From Bacteroidia bacterium (lineage in GTDB: Bacteria > Bacteroidota > Bacteroidia > Bacteroidales > JAPLDU01): 64,000 bases of DNA. Under the pieces are notes generated by a model. It saw only the letters and a list, made by a program, of their open reading frames with translations. It did no database searches and was not told where the DNA came from. The stretch covers positions 925 to 64,924 of the forward strand of contig JAPLDU010000055.1 in assembly GCA_026391255.1 (NCBI GenBank). The letters are read 5' to 3'. Positions within the stretch are counted from its first letter, which is position 1, and each line of letters begins with the position of its first letter. The position numbers were made by a program, and so were the translations under genes. This document shows, piece after piece, positions 42,493 to 50,876 of this stretch.

Positions 42493-43959
42493 ATGTTAGC
42501 ACCAAAATATTTTATCCCGTTCATTATCATTGTTTTTACAATTGTAATCAGTGTATTTCCTGTTTCCGCCCAGAAACTTGTTAATAAATCAATGATCATC
42601 GATACAGATTGTGCTACGGACGACCTGCGTGCCATCTGTTTGTTGCTTGCCCAGAAGGAAACTTCGATTGCTGCAATCACTGCTGCTGATGGCAGCCTCG
42701 CTCCGGAAGAAGGATACATCAAGGTGAAATCATTACTTACTGACCTTAACATGTCAGACATACCAGTTGGAACCGGTCGCAGACTTGACAATCCTCCTCC
42801 ATCATGGAGAAAATTCTGTTCAGAAACCAGATGGGGTAATGAAACCAATATAAAGAGCAACAGTATTACAGCATTACAACTTATATTTGGAGTTCTTGAT
42901 GCAGCAACAAATCCGGTTACCATTATCTGTCTCGGTCCGTTGACCGATATCTCTGATGTCCTGAAATCGAAACCTCAGATTTCATCAAAAATTAGCCGGA
43001 TACTTTGGTACAATGACTCATTTGATCCTCTGAAAGGATTTAATTATGAGGCAGATACAATTGCAGCCAAATTTATTATATCATCAGCCATATCTATGGA
43101 TATAATATGTTCAGTCGAACCGTCATGTAACCTGTCTGACAAAGATTTTCTTCAATCACTTGACCGCATCAATACTGTTTTCGCCAAAAAAGTTGTAACA
43201 AGCATGCATGAAGATTCAGGAGGAGGACATCCCCGGAATGGGCATTTGAAATTATATGACGAATTGGTGGCTGTATACTTCCTGTTTCCTGATGTATTTG
43301 ATATGAAACAGGATATTTTTCACCCCGAACATAAATTCTCCACAGCCTATCAATGCCCTACGGTAAGAGAAGATATGTTTGATATCTATGCCCAGACATA
43401 TTCGTTGGAAAAAAATATCTGTTTTGTACGTTTTCCCGTTGATACTTCTGTATATCAGCCAGATGTCAGAGAAATTGCCAGGGAAACATTAAATAAATTT
43501 GGCACAGAAGAATGGAAGGCCTGCGTCCTGACCAACGAAATACATGGCCACCTGGGTATTTATTCAATCGTAGGTGCAAAAATGGGTGTAAAGGCAAAAG
43601 AACTGCTTGGTGCTGAGACAGACAGGATGGAGGTGGTATCATATGCCGGGAAAGATCAACCGCTTAGTTGCATGAATGATGGATTACAGGTGAGCACAGG
43701 TGGTACCATGGGTGTTAATATGATCAGCCTGAAGGAAACCGGAAAATTTATACCTGAAGCTGAATTCACCTGGAAAGGGAAACACATTAAACTGAAACTG
43801 AAAGATCAGTACATCAGTCAGGCGGAAAAAGATATTCAGAATGGAATTGTTAAATACGGTAACCTAAGCTCAGGTTATTGGAAACTGGTGAGAAAGCTTG
43901 CAATCCTATACTGGAATTCATGGAGCAGGGATGAAATCTTTGAAATAATAAATGACTAA
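42493..43959 (+). CDS. secreted inosine/uridine-preferring nucleoside hydrolase-like domain fused to an FmdE-like domain
   Basis: There is an N-terminal signal or TM segment. The IUNH signature IIDTDCATDD is present. The C-terminus (HGHLGIYSIVGAKMG...PLSCMNDGLQVSTGGTMG) matches, by eye, the FmdE pattern HGHxCPG...CxxDxxQxxTGCTxG. Confidence 0.55.
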   Translation: MLAPKYFIPFIIIVFTIVISVFPVSAQKLVNKSMIIDTDCATDDLRAICLLLAQKETSIAAITAADGSLAPEEGYIKVKSLLTDLNMSDIPVGTGRRLDNPPPSWRKFCSETRWGNETNIKSNSITALQLIFGVLDAATNPVTIICLGPLTDISDVLKSKPQISSKISRILWYNDSFDPLKGFNYEADTIAAKFIISSAISMDIICSVEPSCNLSDKDFLQSLDRINTVFAKKVVTSMHEDSGGGHPRNGHLKLYDELVAVYFLFPDVFDMKQDIFHPEHKFSTAYQCPTVREDMFDIYAQTYSLEKNICFVRFPVDTSVYQPDVREIARETLNKFGTEEWKACVLTNEIHGHLGIYSIVGAKMGVKAKELLGAETDRMEVVSYAGKDQPLSCMNDGLQVSTGGTMGVNMISLKETGKFIPEAEFTWKGKHIKLKLKDQYISQAEKDIQNGIVKYGNLSSGYWKLVRKLAILYWNSWSRDEIFEIIND

Positions 43960-45078
43960 GTGAACAAACACCTGCATGTTATATCGTTTGACGTTCCATA
44001 CCCGCCTGATTATGGTGGAGTGATTGATATTTTTTTTAAAATTAAAGCTCTGCATGAATTAGGGATACTCATTCACCTCCACTGCTTTGAATACAAGAGA
44101 AACAGGCATCCTGAGACAGAAAAGTATTGTCATTCGGTCGATTATTATTCAAGGCCATTGGGACTGAAGTATTTTTTCAGCCGACTGCCCTATATTGTCA
44201 ACACAAGATCAGACAAGGATCTTGTTCATAATTTATTGAAGGATAATTATCCAATCCTTGCCGAAGGGTTGCATTCGTCCTGGTTTCTTACTGACAAAAG
44301 GTTTTCAGGCAGGAAAGTAATGATCAGGATGCACAATATTGAACATGAGTATTACCGGCAACTGGCTGCAGTGGAAAAGAATCCTTTCAGAAAATTCTAT
44401 TACTTGATGGAATCGAAGAAGCTGAAAGATTTTGAAACTATTCTGCACAAAGCCTGGATCATTGCTGCCATTTCTCAGGTTGATGCACATTATTATCAGG
44501 CAAAATTTCCCAACGTTTTCTACATACCACCCTTTCATCCTTTTAATACCTGCAATTCCCCGGCCGGTGAAGGTAATTATGCAATATACCATGGGAATTT
44601 ATCAGTTGCTGAGAACCATCATACAGCAATGATGCTGATCAAAAGAGTATTCCCAAAGGTGAAATCACCCTGTGTGATCGCCGGAAAAAACCCTGGCAAG
44701 CAACTTATCAAAGCGGCAGAATCAGTGAGCAATATACGTATTATTGCCGATCCGGGGGAAGAAGAAATGAAGACCCTGGTAGCAGGAGCAGGTGTAAATG
44801 TCATACCGTCTGTGTCATCCACGGGCATGAAGCTGAAATTGTTAACAGCGCTTTTTACTGGCAGACATTGCCTTACCAATCATAATATGGTAGAAAATTC
44901 CGGGCTTGGCGAGCTTTGTATAATTGCTGAAACAGAACAGGAAATGATCAGTCTGATTGATTCATTGATGAATATTAATTTCAGCACAGAAATGATTGAT
45001 GAACGTTGTAAACTTCTGATGAGAAATTTTTCTAATCATTCCGGTGCGGAAAAAATTATTTCATCATTGTTTGATTGA
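43960..45078 (+). CDS. glycosyltransferase (GT-B fold, family 1/4-like)
   Basis: The GTG start immediately follows the upstream stop. HVISFDVPYPPDYGGVIDIF and the C-terminal GMKLKLLTALFTGRHCL are GT-B-like. Confidence 0.6.
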   Translation: MNKHLHVISFDVPYPPDYGGVIDIFFKIKALHELGILIHLHCFEYKRNRHPETEKYCHSVDYYSRPLGLKYFFSRLPYIVNTRSDKDLVHNLLKDNYPILAEGLHSSWFLTDKRFSGRKVMIRMHNIEHEYYRQLAAVEKNPFRKFYYLMESKKLKDFETILHKAWIIAAISQVDAHYYQAKFPNVFYIPPFHPFNTCNSPAGEGNYAIYHGNLSVAENHHTAMMLIKRVFPKVKSPCVIAGKNPGKQLIKAAESVSNIRIIADPGEEEMKTLVAGAGVNVIPSVSSTGMKLKLLTALFTGRHCLTNHNMVENSGLGELCIIAETEQEMISLIDSLMNINFSTEMIDERCKLLMRNFSNHSGAEKIISSLFD

Positions 45079-45183
45079 GGAATGCCGGAAGATGGTAAAA
45101 AGCCCTGCAATGATTCTTTTGGTGGGCTATTCGTTGTTTTGCAGATAAAAAGGAAATACCGTCGCGATCCGTAGGAAGAATCA

Positions 45184-45324
45184 ACAAACCATTGCAAACG
45201 AAGGGCTGCACCTTGTCATTTTTTATTATTTATCCGCTTTCGGAAGCAAATTATTGACAATACGGAACAAAAAAAAATAACCCAACTGGGTCATTTGCAA
45301 TGGCTTGGCGGAGAAAGAGGGATT
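45184..45324. repeat. direct repeat copy A: duplicate of the tRNA-Ser downstream region, terminator hairpin and last 19 nt of the tRNA
   Basis: The sequence is ACAAACCATTGCAAACGAAGGGCTGCACCTTGTCATTTT...ACCCAACTGGGTCATTTGCAATGGCTTGGCGGAGAAAGAGGGATT. The segment 45306-45324 is identical to 45472-45490. Confidence 0.85.
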
Positions 45325-45351
45325 ACTGGCATGATCCCGTCAAGAGGGGCT

Positions 45352-45490
45352 ACAAACCATTGCAAATGAAGGACTGCGCCCTGTCATTTTTGTTATTTTT
45401 CCGCTTTCAAAAGCAAGCTTTTGACGCTACAAAACAAATAAAATGACCCAACTGGGTCATTTGCAATGGTTTGGCGGAGAAAGAGGGATT
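45352..45490. repeat. direct repeat copy B (the copy continuous with the intact tRNA-Ser)
   Basis: It is colinear with copy A at a period of about 168 bp. A weaker third relic is visible at about 45095-45135 (GCCCTGCAATGATTCTTTTGGTGGGCTATTCG). Confidence 0.85.
45428..45462 (-). terminator. hairpin plus T-tract downstream of tRNA-Ser
   Basis: ATGACCCA/TGGGTCAT form a stem. On the minus strand it is followed by TTTTATTTGTTTTG. The same hairpin recurs in the duplicated unit at about 45279-45296. Confidence 0.5.
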
Positions 45491-45561
45491 CGAACCCCCG
45501 GTCCAGTTACCCGGACAACGGTTTTCAAGACCGCCGCATTCGACCGCTCTGCCATTTCTCC
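45472..45561 (-). tRNA. tRNA-Ser (anticodon UGA), class II with long variable arm, CCA encoded
   Basis: The reverse complement reads GGAGAAATGGCAGAGCGGTCGAATGCGGCGGTCTTGAAAACCGTTGTCCGGGTAACTGGACCGGGGGTTCGAATCCCTCTTTCTCCGCCA. The acceptor stem is GGAGAAA/TTTCTCC. The anticodon loop is CTTGAAA. The T-loop is GGTTCGAATCC. Confidence 0.93.
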
Positions 45562-45736
45562 GGTGCAAAAATACCAAATTTTCATTTATAATCAAAAATT
45601 TAATGTGATTTTAATGAATGCTTGTCACTGCTTATATTTTAATAACTTAATAAGGTCGAAAACCATGGTCTCACAGGAAATTTTATTAACAAACCGGCCA
45701 GTTATTAACAATTACAACGTTTTTTTGATAAAATAA

Positions 45737-45767
45737 TTTGCAAGTGTCAATAATTACTATATATTTG
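45737..45767 (+). promoter_or_regulatory. Bacteroidota sigma-A type promoter for hup (-33 TTTG, 19-nt spacer, -7 TATATTTG)
   Basis: TTTG lies at 45737-45740 and TATATTTG (TAnnTTTG) at 45760-45767. The motif ends about 48 nt upstream of the ATG. Confidence 0.55.
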
Positions 45768-45815
45768 CACATGTTAGAAATGTTATTATTAACCTAAACC
45801 CTAAATTTTAAGGTT

Positions 45816-46085
45816 ATGAATAAATCGGAATTAATTGATGAAATGGCTAAATCAGCCAGTATGACGAAAGTTGATGCTAAAAAAGCATTGGATTCGTTTA
45901 CAAGTGTTATCACTAAAGCTTTGAAAAAAGGCGACAGAGTAGGACTTGTCGGCTTTGGTTCATGGTCAGTTGTTAAACGTAGTGCCAGAACGGGAAGAAA
46001 CCCAAAAACAGGAAAAGAATTAAAAATTCCTGCAAAGAAAGTTGTTAAGTTCAAAGCAGGTAGTGATTTAGGCAACGTGAAATAG
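45816..46085 (+). CDS. hup: HU family DNA-binding protein
   Basis: MNKSELIDEMA...GFGSWSVVKRSARTGRNPKTGKELKIPAKKVVKFKAG is present. The protein is 89 aa. Confidence 0.95.
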   Translation: MNKSELIDEMAKSASMTKVDAKKALDSFTSVITKALKKGDRVGLVGFGSWSVVKRSARTGRNPKTGKELKIPAKKVVKFKAGSDLGNVK

Positions 46086-46102
46086 CTTTTACCAAGGTGC
46101 TA

Positions 46103-46136
46103 AAAAAAAGGAGTACAACAGTGCTCCTTTTTTTTT
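46103..46136 (+). terminator. intrinsic terminator after hup
   Basis: The GGAGTAC-AACA-GTGCTCC hairpin is flanked by an A-run and followed by a T9 tract. Confidence 0.7.
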
Positions 46137-46275
46137 AAATGTACTTGGTAAATTGCCTGCAAGCCTTCATATTCCTTGACTTTGTCCTAGTCTTTATTAT
46201 TTTCAAAATCTGACTAAGACTAAGTCAAAGACTAAGATTAAAACAAACGATCATTTTTCTAAATAACTGACAGCT

Positions 46276-46947
46276 ATGAAAAATAATGAGGATCTGATCA
46301 ATCATCTATCTCTTTTCGTCACAGATCATAAGCTGAAACTTTTTAGTGAACTGATCGGCTACAGAACCCGGTATCTTACGGTTGTACTTGAAGATATTTA
46401 CCAGTCGCAGAATGCATCCGCAGTCATGAGAACATGTGATTGCCTTGGTATTCAGGATATTCATATCATAGAGAATAAAAATAAGTACACCTTTAATCCG
46501 GATGTTGCACTTGGTTCTGTCAAATGGATTAATATGATCAGGTATAATGAAATGGAAAATAATACTCTTTCAGCTATCAGCCACTTACGTAATTCTGGCT
46601 ATCGTATAGTCGCAACATCACCCCATAATGAAGGAACTGAACTGAATGATTTTGACCTGAACAGTGGAAAGACCGCATTATTTTTTGGAACTGAACTCGA
46701 AGGCTTGTCACCCATAGTACTTGACAATGCCGATGAATTCATGACTGTCAGGATGTTCGGATTCACAGAGAGCTTTAATATTTCGGTTTCTGCAGCAATT
46801 ATTCTTCATCATTTAACTGAAAAACTTCATAATTCCAGCATTATTTGGGAACTCAATAATGAAGAAAAATCAGATGTATTGCTTGCCTGGCTAAGGAATA
46901 CCGTTCCCCGGGCTGATATTATTGAAAAAGAATATTTTAATATTTGA
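46276..46947 (+). CDS. SpoU/TrmH-family RNA 2'-O-methyltransferase
   Basis: LTVVLEDIYQSQNASAVMRTCDCLGIQDIHII, FGTELEGLS and SFNISVSAAIILH are SPOUT motifs. Confidence 0.85.
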   Translation: MKNNEDLINHLSLFVTDHKLKLFSELIGYRTRYLTVVLEDIYQSQNASAVMRTCDCLGIQDIHIIENKNKYTFNPDVALGSVKWINMIRYNEMENNTLSAISHLRNSGYRIVATSPHNEGTELNDFDLNSGKTALFFGTELEGLSPIVLDNADEFMTVRMFGFTESFNISVSAAIILHHLTEKLHNSSIIWELNNEEKSDVLLAWLRNTVPRADIIEKEYFNI

Positions 46948-47191
46948 AAAATAAATGATTGCATCCGCTGCTGATAGTGGTTATTATTTTGATGTTTTGA
47001 TTTAATGCGATGCACTACGTTACCCTAGTTAAATTAAGTAAGTCGATAATGGAGTTTATACTTGATTTGAGTATTTAATTTAATACTGTTTGGAATTTAC
47101 TCAGAATCTGAAAATCTTCAAATTTTCAATTTAATTTTTATACCCGTAGTTCTTTTAAATTAATTACTTATTTTTACCACATACATAGTAA

Positions 47192-47914
47192 ATAATATTT
47201 ATAAACTGCATTGTCATTGAAGATGATCCTGTTTCGTCAAAAGTACTGGAAAATTATATCTTAAAAACTGATTTTCTTCATTTGGTTAATTCATATTCAA
47301 GCGCCGTTGATGCCTTGAATAATTTTAAAAATGAAGTGGAAATTCATTTGATTTTCCTAGATATTGAAATGCCGGAAATGAATGGTATTGAGTTCATGAA
47401 CAGTCTGACCAATTTTCCCCAGATCATTATTGTATCAGCTAAAGAAAAATATGCATTGGAAGCATTCCTTTACAATGTCACTGACTACCTGTTAAAACCT
47501 GTTAGCTATTCACGTTTTTTTAAGGCTGTTAATAAAGCCAGAATTGTTATAACCAACAAAAAAGAAATTCATGAAATTCCTGAAAACAAGGAAATATTTG
47601 TTAAAAATGGTAATGCTCTTATAAGGATATTATTTAAAAATATTCTGTATATTGAAGCACTTGAAAATTATGTGATTATATCAACATATAAAGAAAAATA
47701 CACCATTCATTCCACCATGAAAATGGTGGTTGAAAAACTTCCCTCTGCTGACTTCATCCGTATTCACCGCTCTTTCATTATTAATATCAAAAAGATTCAT
47801 AACATCGAAGAGAATTCAGTATCTATCAGAACAATTTTTGGCTTAAAAACAATCCCGATCGGAAAATCATACAAGAGCGCCTTGATGGCTAACATTTATA
47901 GGTTTACCACCTGA
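47192..47914 (+). CDS. LytTR-family response regulator (start codon unresolved; the ORF track starts at TTG 47282)
   Basis: The receiver domain has IFLDIEMPEMNG, and a LytTR output domain is present (IHRSFIINIKKI). In-frame sequence upstream of 47282 encodes the expected beta-1 strand (NCIVIEDDPVSSKVLENYI) back to the stop at 47189-47191. No ATG, GTG or TTG occurs in that stretch. Confidence 0.8.
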   Translation: MIFINCIVIEDDPVSSKVLENYILKTDFLHLVNSYSSAVDALNNFKNEVEIHLIFLDIEMPEMNGIEFMNSLTNFPQIIIVSAKEKYALEAFLYNVTDYLLKPVSYSRFFKAVNKARIVITNKKEIHEIPENKEIFVKNGNALIRILFKNILYIEALENYVIISTYKEKYTIHSTMKMVVEKLPSADFIRIHRSFIINIKKIHNIEENSVSIRTIFGLKTIPIGKSYKSALMANIYRFTT

Positions 47915-47951
47915 TTATTTGTTCATTCAATGTCTGCATTTTTTACTGACC

Positions 47952-49139
47952 ATGATCAATAATGAGCGTTTATTATTTCTGAATCATCTGGCTCAAACCA
48001 GTAAAAATCCGGTTTTATTACAAGTTCATGATGCTAATGGAATTTATGTTTCGGATAATAATGGCAAAAAATATATTGACCTGATTTCAGGTGTTTCAGT
48101 GTCAGTTCTGGGACACAAAAACCCTGAAATTATCAAGGCTGTGAAGGAGCAGGCCGATAAATACATGCACCTGATGGTTTATGGGGAATATATTCAATCT
48201 CCCCAGGTTCAGTTTGCAAAGCTCCTGTGTTCATTACTGCCTTCCTCCCTTAACCAGGTGTATCTTGTAAGTTCTGGCAGTGAAGCAATGGAAGGTGCAC
48301 TGAAACTGGCTAAGAAATTCACAGGGAGAACTGAGATCATTTCAATGATAAACGCATATCATGGCAGCACACACGGCACTTTGAGCATTATGGGAAATGA
48401 GACCCTGAAAAACCCATTCAGGCCATTATTGCCTGATGTCAGATTCATTAAGTTTAACTATTGGCCGGATATTGATAAGATAACAGAGAAAACAGCCTGC
48501 GTGACCGTTGAACCAATCCAGGGAGAGGCAGGTATTAATAATCCCGAACCTGGTTACCTGCAGCAGCTACGAAACAGGTGTGATCAGACAGGGACTGTGC
48601 TTATTTTTGATGAGGTTCAGACAGGATTTGGCCGGACCGGATCATTATTTGCTTTTCAGCATTACCAGGTAGTACCTGATATACTGGTAATTGCAAAGGC
48701 AATGGGCGGAGGGCTGCCACTGGGGGGGTTCATTGCATCAGTCGAAATGATGCAATGCCTGGCCGAAGACCCGGCATTGGGTCACATAACCACTTTTGGC
48801 GGGCACCCCTTATCATGTGCCGCTGCTATTGCCAGTCTGACTCAGTTGACCAGGGAAAATTATATCAGGGATGTACCTCAGAAGGAAGAATTATTTCGAA
48901 TGATGCTCATTCACCGAAATATAAAAACTATCAGAGGAATAGGACTGTTACTTGCTGTTGAAATTGCCAGTGAAATTGATATTGCAGGCTTCCGGGAAAA
49001 ATGTCTGAAACATGGCATTCTTACAGATTGGTTCCTGTTTTGTGATAATTCATTCAGAATATCCCCTCCACTCACCATCACCCTGGATGAAATAAGCCTT
49101 TGTTGCAAGCTGCTTCTTAATGCTCTGGATGAATATTAA
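47952..49139 (+). CDS. class-III (acetylornithine/GABA-type) PLP-dependent aminotransferase
   Basis: SGSEAMEGALKLAKK, FDEVQTGFGRTG and the Schiff-base Lys context VIAKAMGGGLPLG are present. The start is taken at MINNERL. Confidence 0.85.
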   Translation: MINNERLLFLNHLAQTSKNPVLLQVHDANGIYVSDNNGKKYIDLISGVSVSVLGHKNPEIIKAVKEQADKYMHLMVYGEYIQSPQVQFAKLLCSLLPSSLNQVYLVSSGSEAMEGALKLAKKFTGRTEIISMINAYHGSTHGTLSIMGNETLKNPFRPLLPDVRFIKFNYWPDIDKITEKTACVTVEPIQGEAGINNPEPGYLQQLRNRCDQTGTVLIFDEVQTGFGRTGSLFAFQHYQVVPDILVIAKAMGGGLPLGGFIASVEMMQCLAEDPALGHITTFGGHPLSCAAAIASLTQLTRENYIRDVPQKEELFRMMLIHRNIKTIRGIGLLLAVEIASEIDIAGFREKCLKHGILTDWFLFCDNSFRISPPLTITLDEISLCCKLLLNALDEY

Positions 49140-49173
49140 ATATTTAAACTGTTGTGTTAAATGCATTTGTTAG

Positions 49174-49468
49174 TATCTAATTTCTGAAATCTTGACGCGT
49201 TTTGGCAAAAAATCACAAAAAACAAATAATAAACAATTTCAAAATTTCAAATATGAAACAAACTACTTTGATTTTTCAATAATTGAAGAAATTATTTTTT
49301 TCAATTGAACGGCTTCATCATGCATTTCAATTCCTTCCTTCTCAAATTCAGGGGAGTTCGATTCATGGTTCGGTTTTGAATTTGTCATTTTGTCAATTGA
49401 TATTTATTTGTTATTTGTATTTTGAGATTTGTGATTTCTTGTTTGGTTCTTGCTTGTCCGGGTTAGGA
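49174..49468. repeat. ~295-bp copy E2 of the same palindromic element, with ~105-bp central insert and no GC mini-palindromes
   Basis: It shares arms with E1 and ends in the same terminal sequence, CTTGTTTGGTTCT(G/T)GCTTGTCC(A/G)GGTTAGG. It lies between the aminotransferase and murF stops. Confidence 0.8.
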
Positions 49469-49489
49469 TATTATTAAATGCAATTGACA

Positions 49490-50818
49490 CTAAAGCCAGT
49501 CCTTAATTTTTTCAAGTTTAATACCTCTTGATCCTTTCACGAGAATAAAAGCAGATTGTATCCTGTGTTGAGGAAGCCATTCAAGAAAATCATCCACCTG
49601 ATCAAAACTTGGATAAAGGGCATTATTTGCAATTGATTTATACATTTTGCCGATCAGAATACCTGGTATTGAATGACTCAGCAGGAAATTATATATCTTC
49701 CTGTGTTCTTCCTCAGCATATTCCCCAAGTTCCAGCATGTCTCCCAGGATTACCATTTTATTTTCTGTCTTAATATGAAGTAAGTTCTGCAATGCCGCCT
49801 CAGTACTGGAAGGATTGGCATTGTAGGCATCCAATAATATGGTATTGGAACCGCTGTGAATGATTTGTGACCTGTTGTTCTGTGGTTTATAATTTTCAAC
49901 TGCTTTTTTGATAGAGGATGATTCAATACCAAAATGATTCCCGATACTTATTGCTGCCAGAATATTTTCGAAATTGTATCTTCCCGGAAGCATGGTTTCT
50001 ATTAACGAATCTGTAACTAATTCTTTATCATGACACAATGCTCCGTTATTACTCCATCTTATACTTACAAACGGATCAGCAGAAATAATACGGGCTGAAT
50101 AATGATATTTATCCGACATACCATATTTAATTACATTCTCTGGTGCTGTAAGAGCGTTAAGAACCGGGTTGTCGGCATTTTTAAATACAGTAGCCTTCTT
50201 TTCTGCCAGATAAAGATAAAGTTCAGCTTTTGTTTTTATCACTCCCTCAAAAGAACCAAATCCTTCCAGGTGAGCTTTTCCAATATTGGTAATCAATCCA
50301 TGGGTCGGTTCGGCAATACGGCAAAGAAAATTAATCTCCCCCAAGTGGCTTGCTCCCATTTCAACCACTGCAAATTGGTCTGATTGCTTCATTGCAAGCA
50401 AAGTCAGAGGGACTCCGATATAATTATTCAGATTTCCAATGGTTGCCGTAAGCTGGTATTTCTCTGATAAAACACATACTATCAATTCTTTTGTGGTAGT
50501 CTTGCCGTTACTACCCGTAATAGCTATTACAGGTATGGCAAACTGTCTTCTGTGATAATTTGCCAGTTTCTGTAATGTTTCCAGTACATTTGTCGTAAGA
50601 ATACAACGTTTGTCAGTCAGAGCATCAGGTTCATCAACAACAGCATATGAACAACCCCTATCAAGTGCCTGACCGGCAAAATTGTTACCATTAAAATTGT
50701 CTCCTTTCAGAGCGAAGAAAATACTGCCTTTTTCAATTTTTCTTGAATCAGTGGTAACTACAGGATGATCAAGGTATATCCGGTATAATTCATCAAGATT
50801 AATAATTGCATTTCTCAT
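49490..50818 (-). CDS. murF: UDP-N-acetylmuramoyl-tripeptide--D-alanyl-D-alanine ligase
   Basis: TDSRKIEKGSIFFALKG and the P-loop TGSNGKTTTKE are present. The start is taken at MRNAIINLDELY (50818). The longer ORF to 50860 would be translated from the gldJ terminator hairpin. Confidence 0.92.
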   Translation of the reverse strand: MRNAIINLDELYRIYLDHPVVTTDSRKIEKGSIFFALKGDNFNGNNFAGQALDRGCSYAVVDEPDALTDKRCILTTNVLETLQKLANYHRRQFAIPVIAITGSNGKTTTKELIVCVLSEKYQLTATIGNLNNYIGVPLTLLAMKQSDQFAVVEMGASHLGEINFLCRIAEPTHGLITNIGKAHLEGFGSFEGVIKTKAELYLYLAEKKATVFKNADNPVLNALTAPENVIKYGMSDKYHYSARIISADPFVSIRWSNNGALCHDKELVTDSLIETMLPGRYNFENILAAISIGNHFGIESSSIKKAVENYKPQNNRSQIIHSGSNTILLDAYNANPSSTEAALQNLLHIKTENKMVILGDMLELGEYAEEEHRKIYNFLLSHSIPGILIGKMYKSIANNALYPSFDQVDDFLEWLPQHRIQSAFILVKGSRGIKLEKIKDWL

Positions 50819-50840
50819 AAAGAAATCCGGCATATAATCA

Positions 50841-50867
50841 ATAAAAAACCCCATTTTCATGGGGTTT
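50841..50867 (-). terminator. intrinsic terminator after gldJ
   Basis: On the minus strand the sequence reads AAACCCCAT-GAAA-ATGGGGTTT followed by a T-run. It lies between the gldJ stop and the murF start. Confidence 0.65.
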
Positions 50868-50876
50868 CGTATATTT

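Noticed and set aside
45407-45736. ORFs 45407-45595 (minus strand) and 45443-45736 (plus strand).
   Set aside because: They overlap tRNA-Ser and its terminator and repeat unit, and are spurious.
45079-45815. An integrated prophage, ICE or genomic island at tRNA-Ser.
   Set aside because: Only about 27 bp lies between the duplicated tRNA-end units. No integrase, excisionase or phage genes lie on either side within the window.
49283-49477. A 64-aa ORF inside repeat element E2.
   Set aside because: It lies entirely within the palindromic repeat or its insert. It has no homology cues and no ribosome-binding context.
50819-50860. A MurF start at 50860 (MKMGFFIDYMPDFF).
   Set aside because: These codons coincide with the gldJ terminator hairpin (AAACCCCAT-GAAA-ATGGGGTTT). 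The MurF family start MRNAIINLDELY is at 50818.
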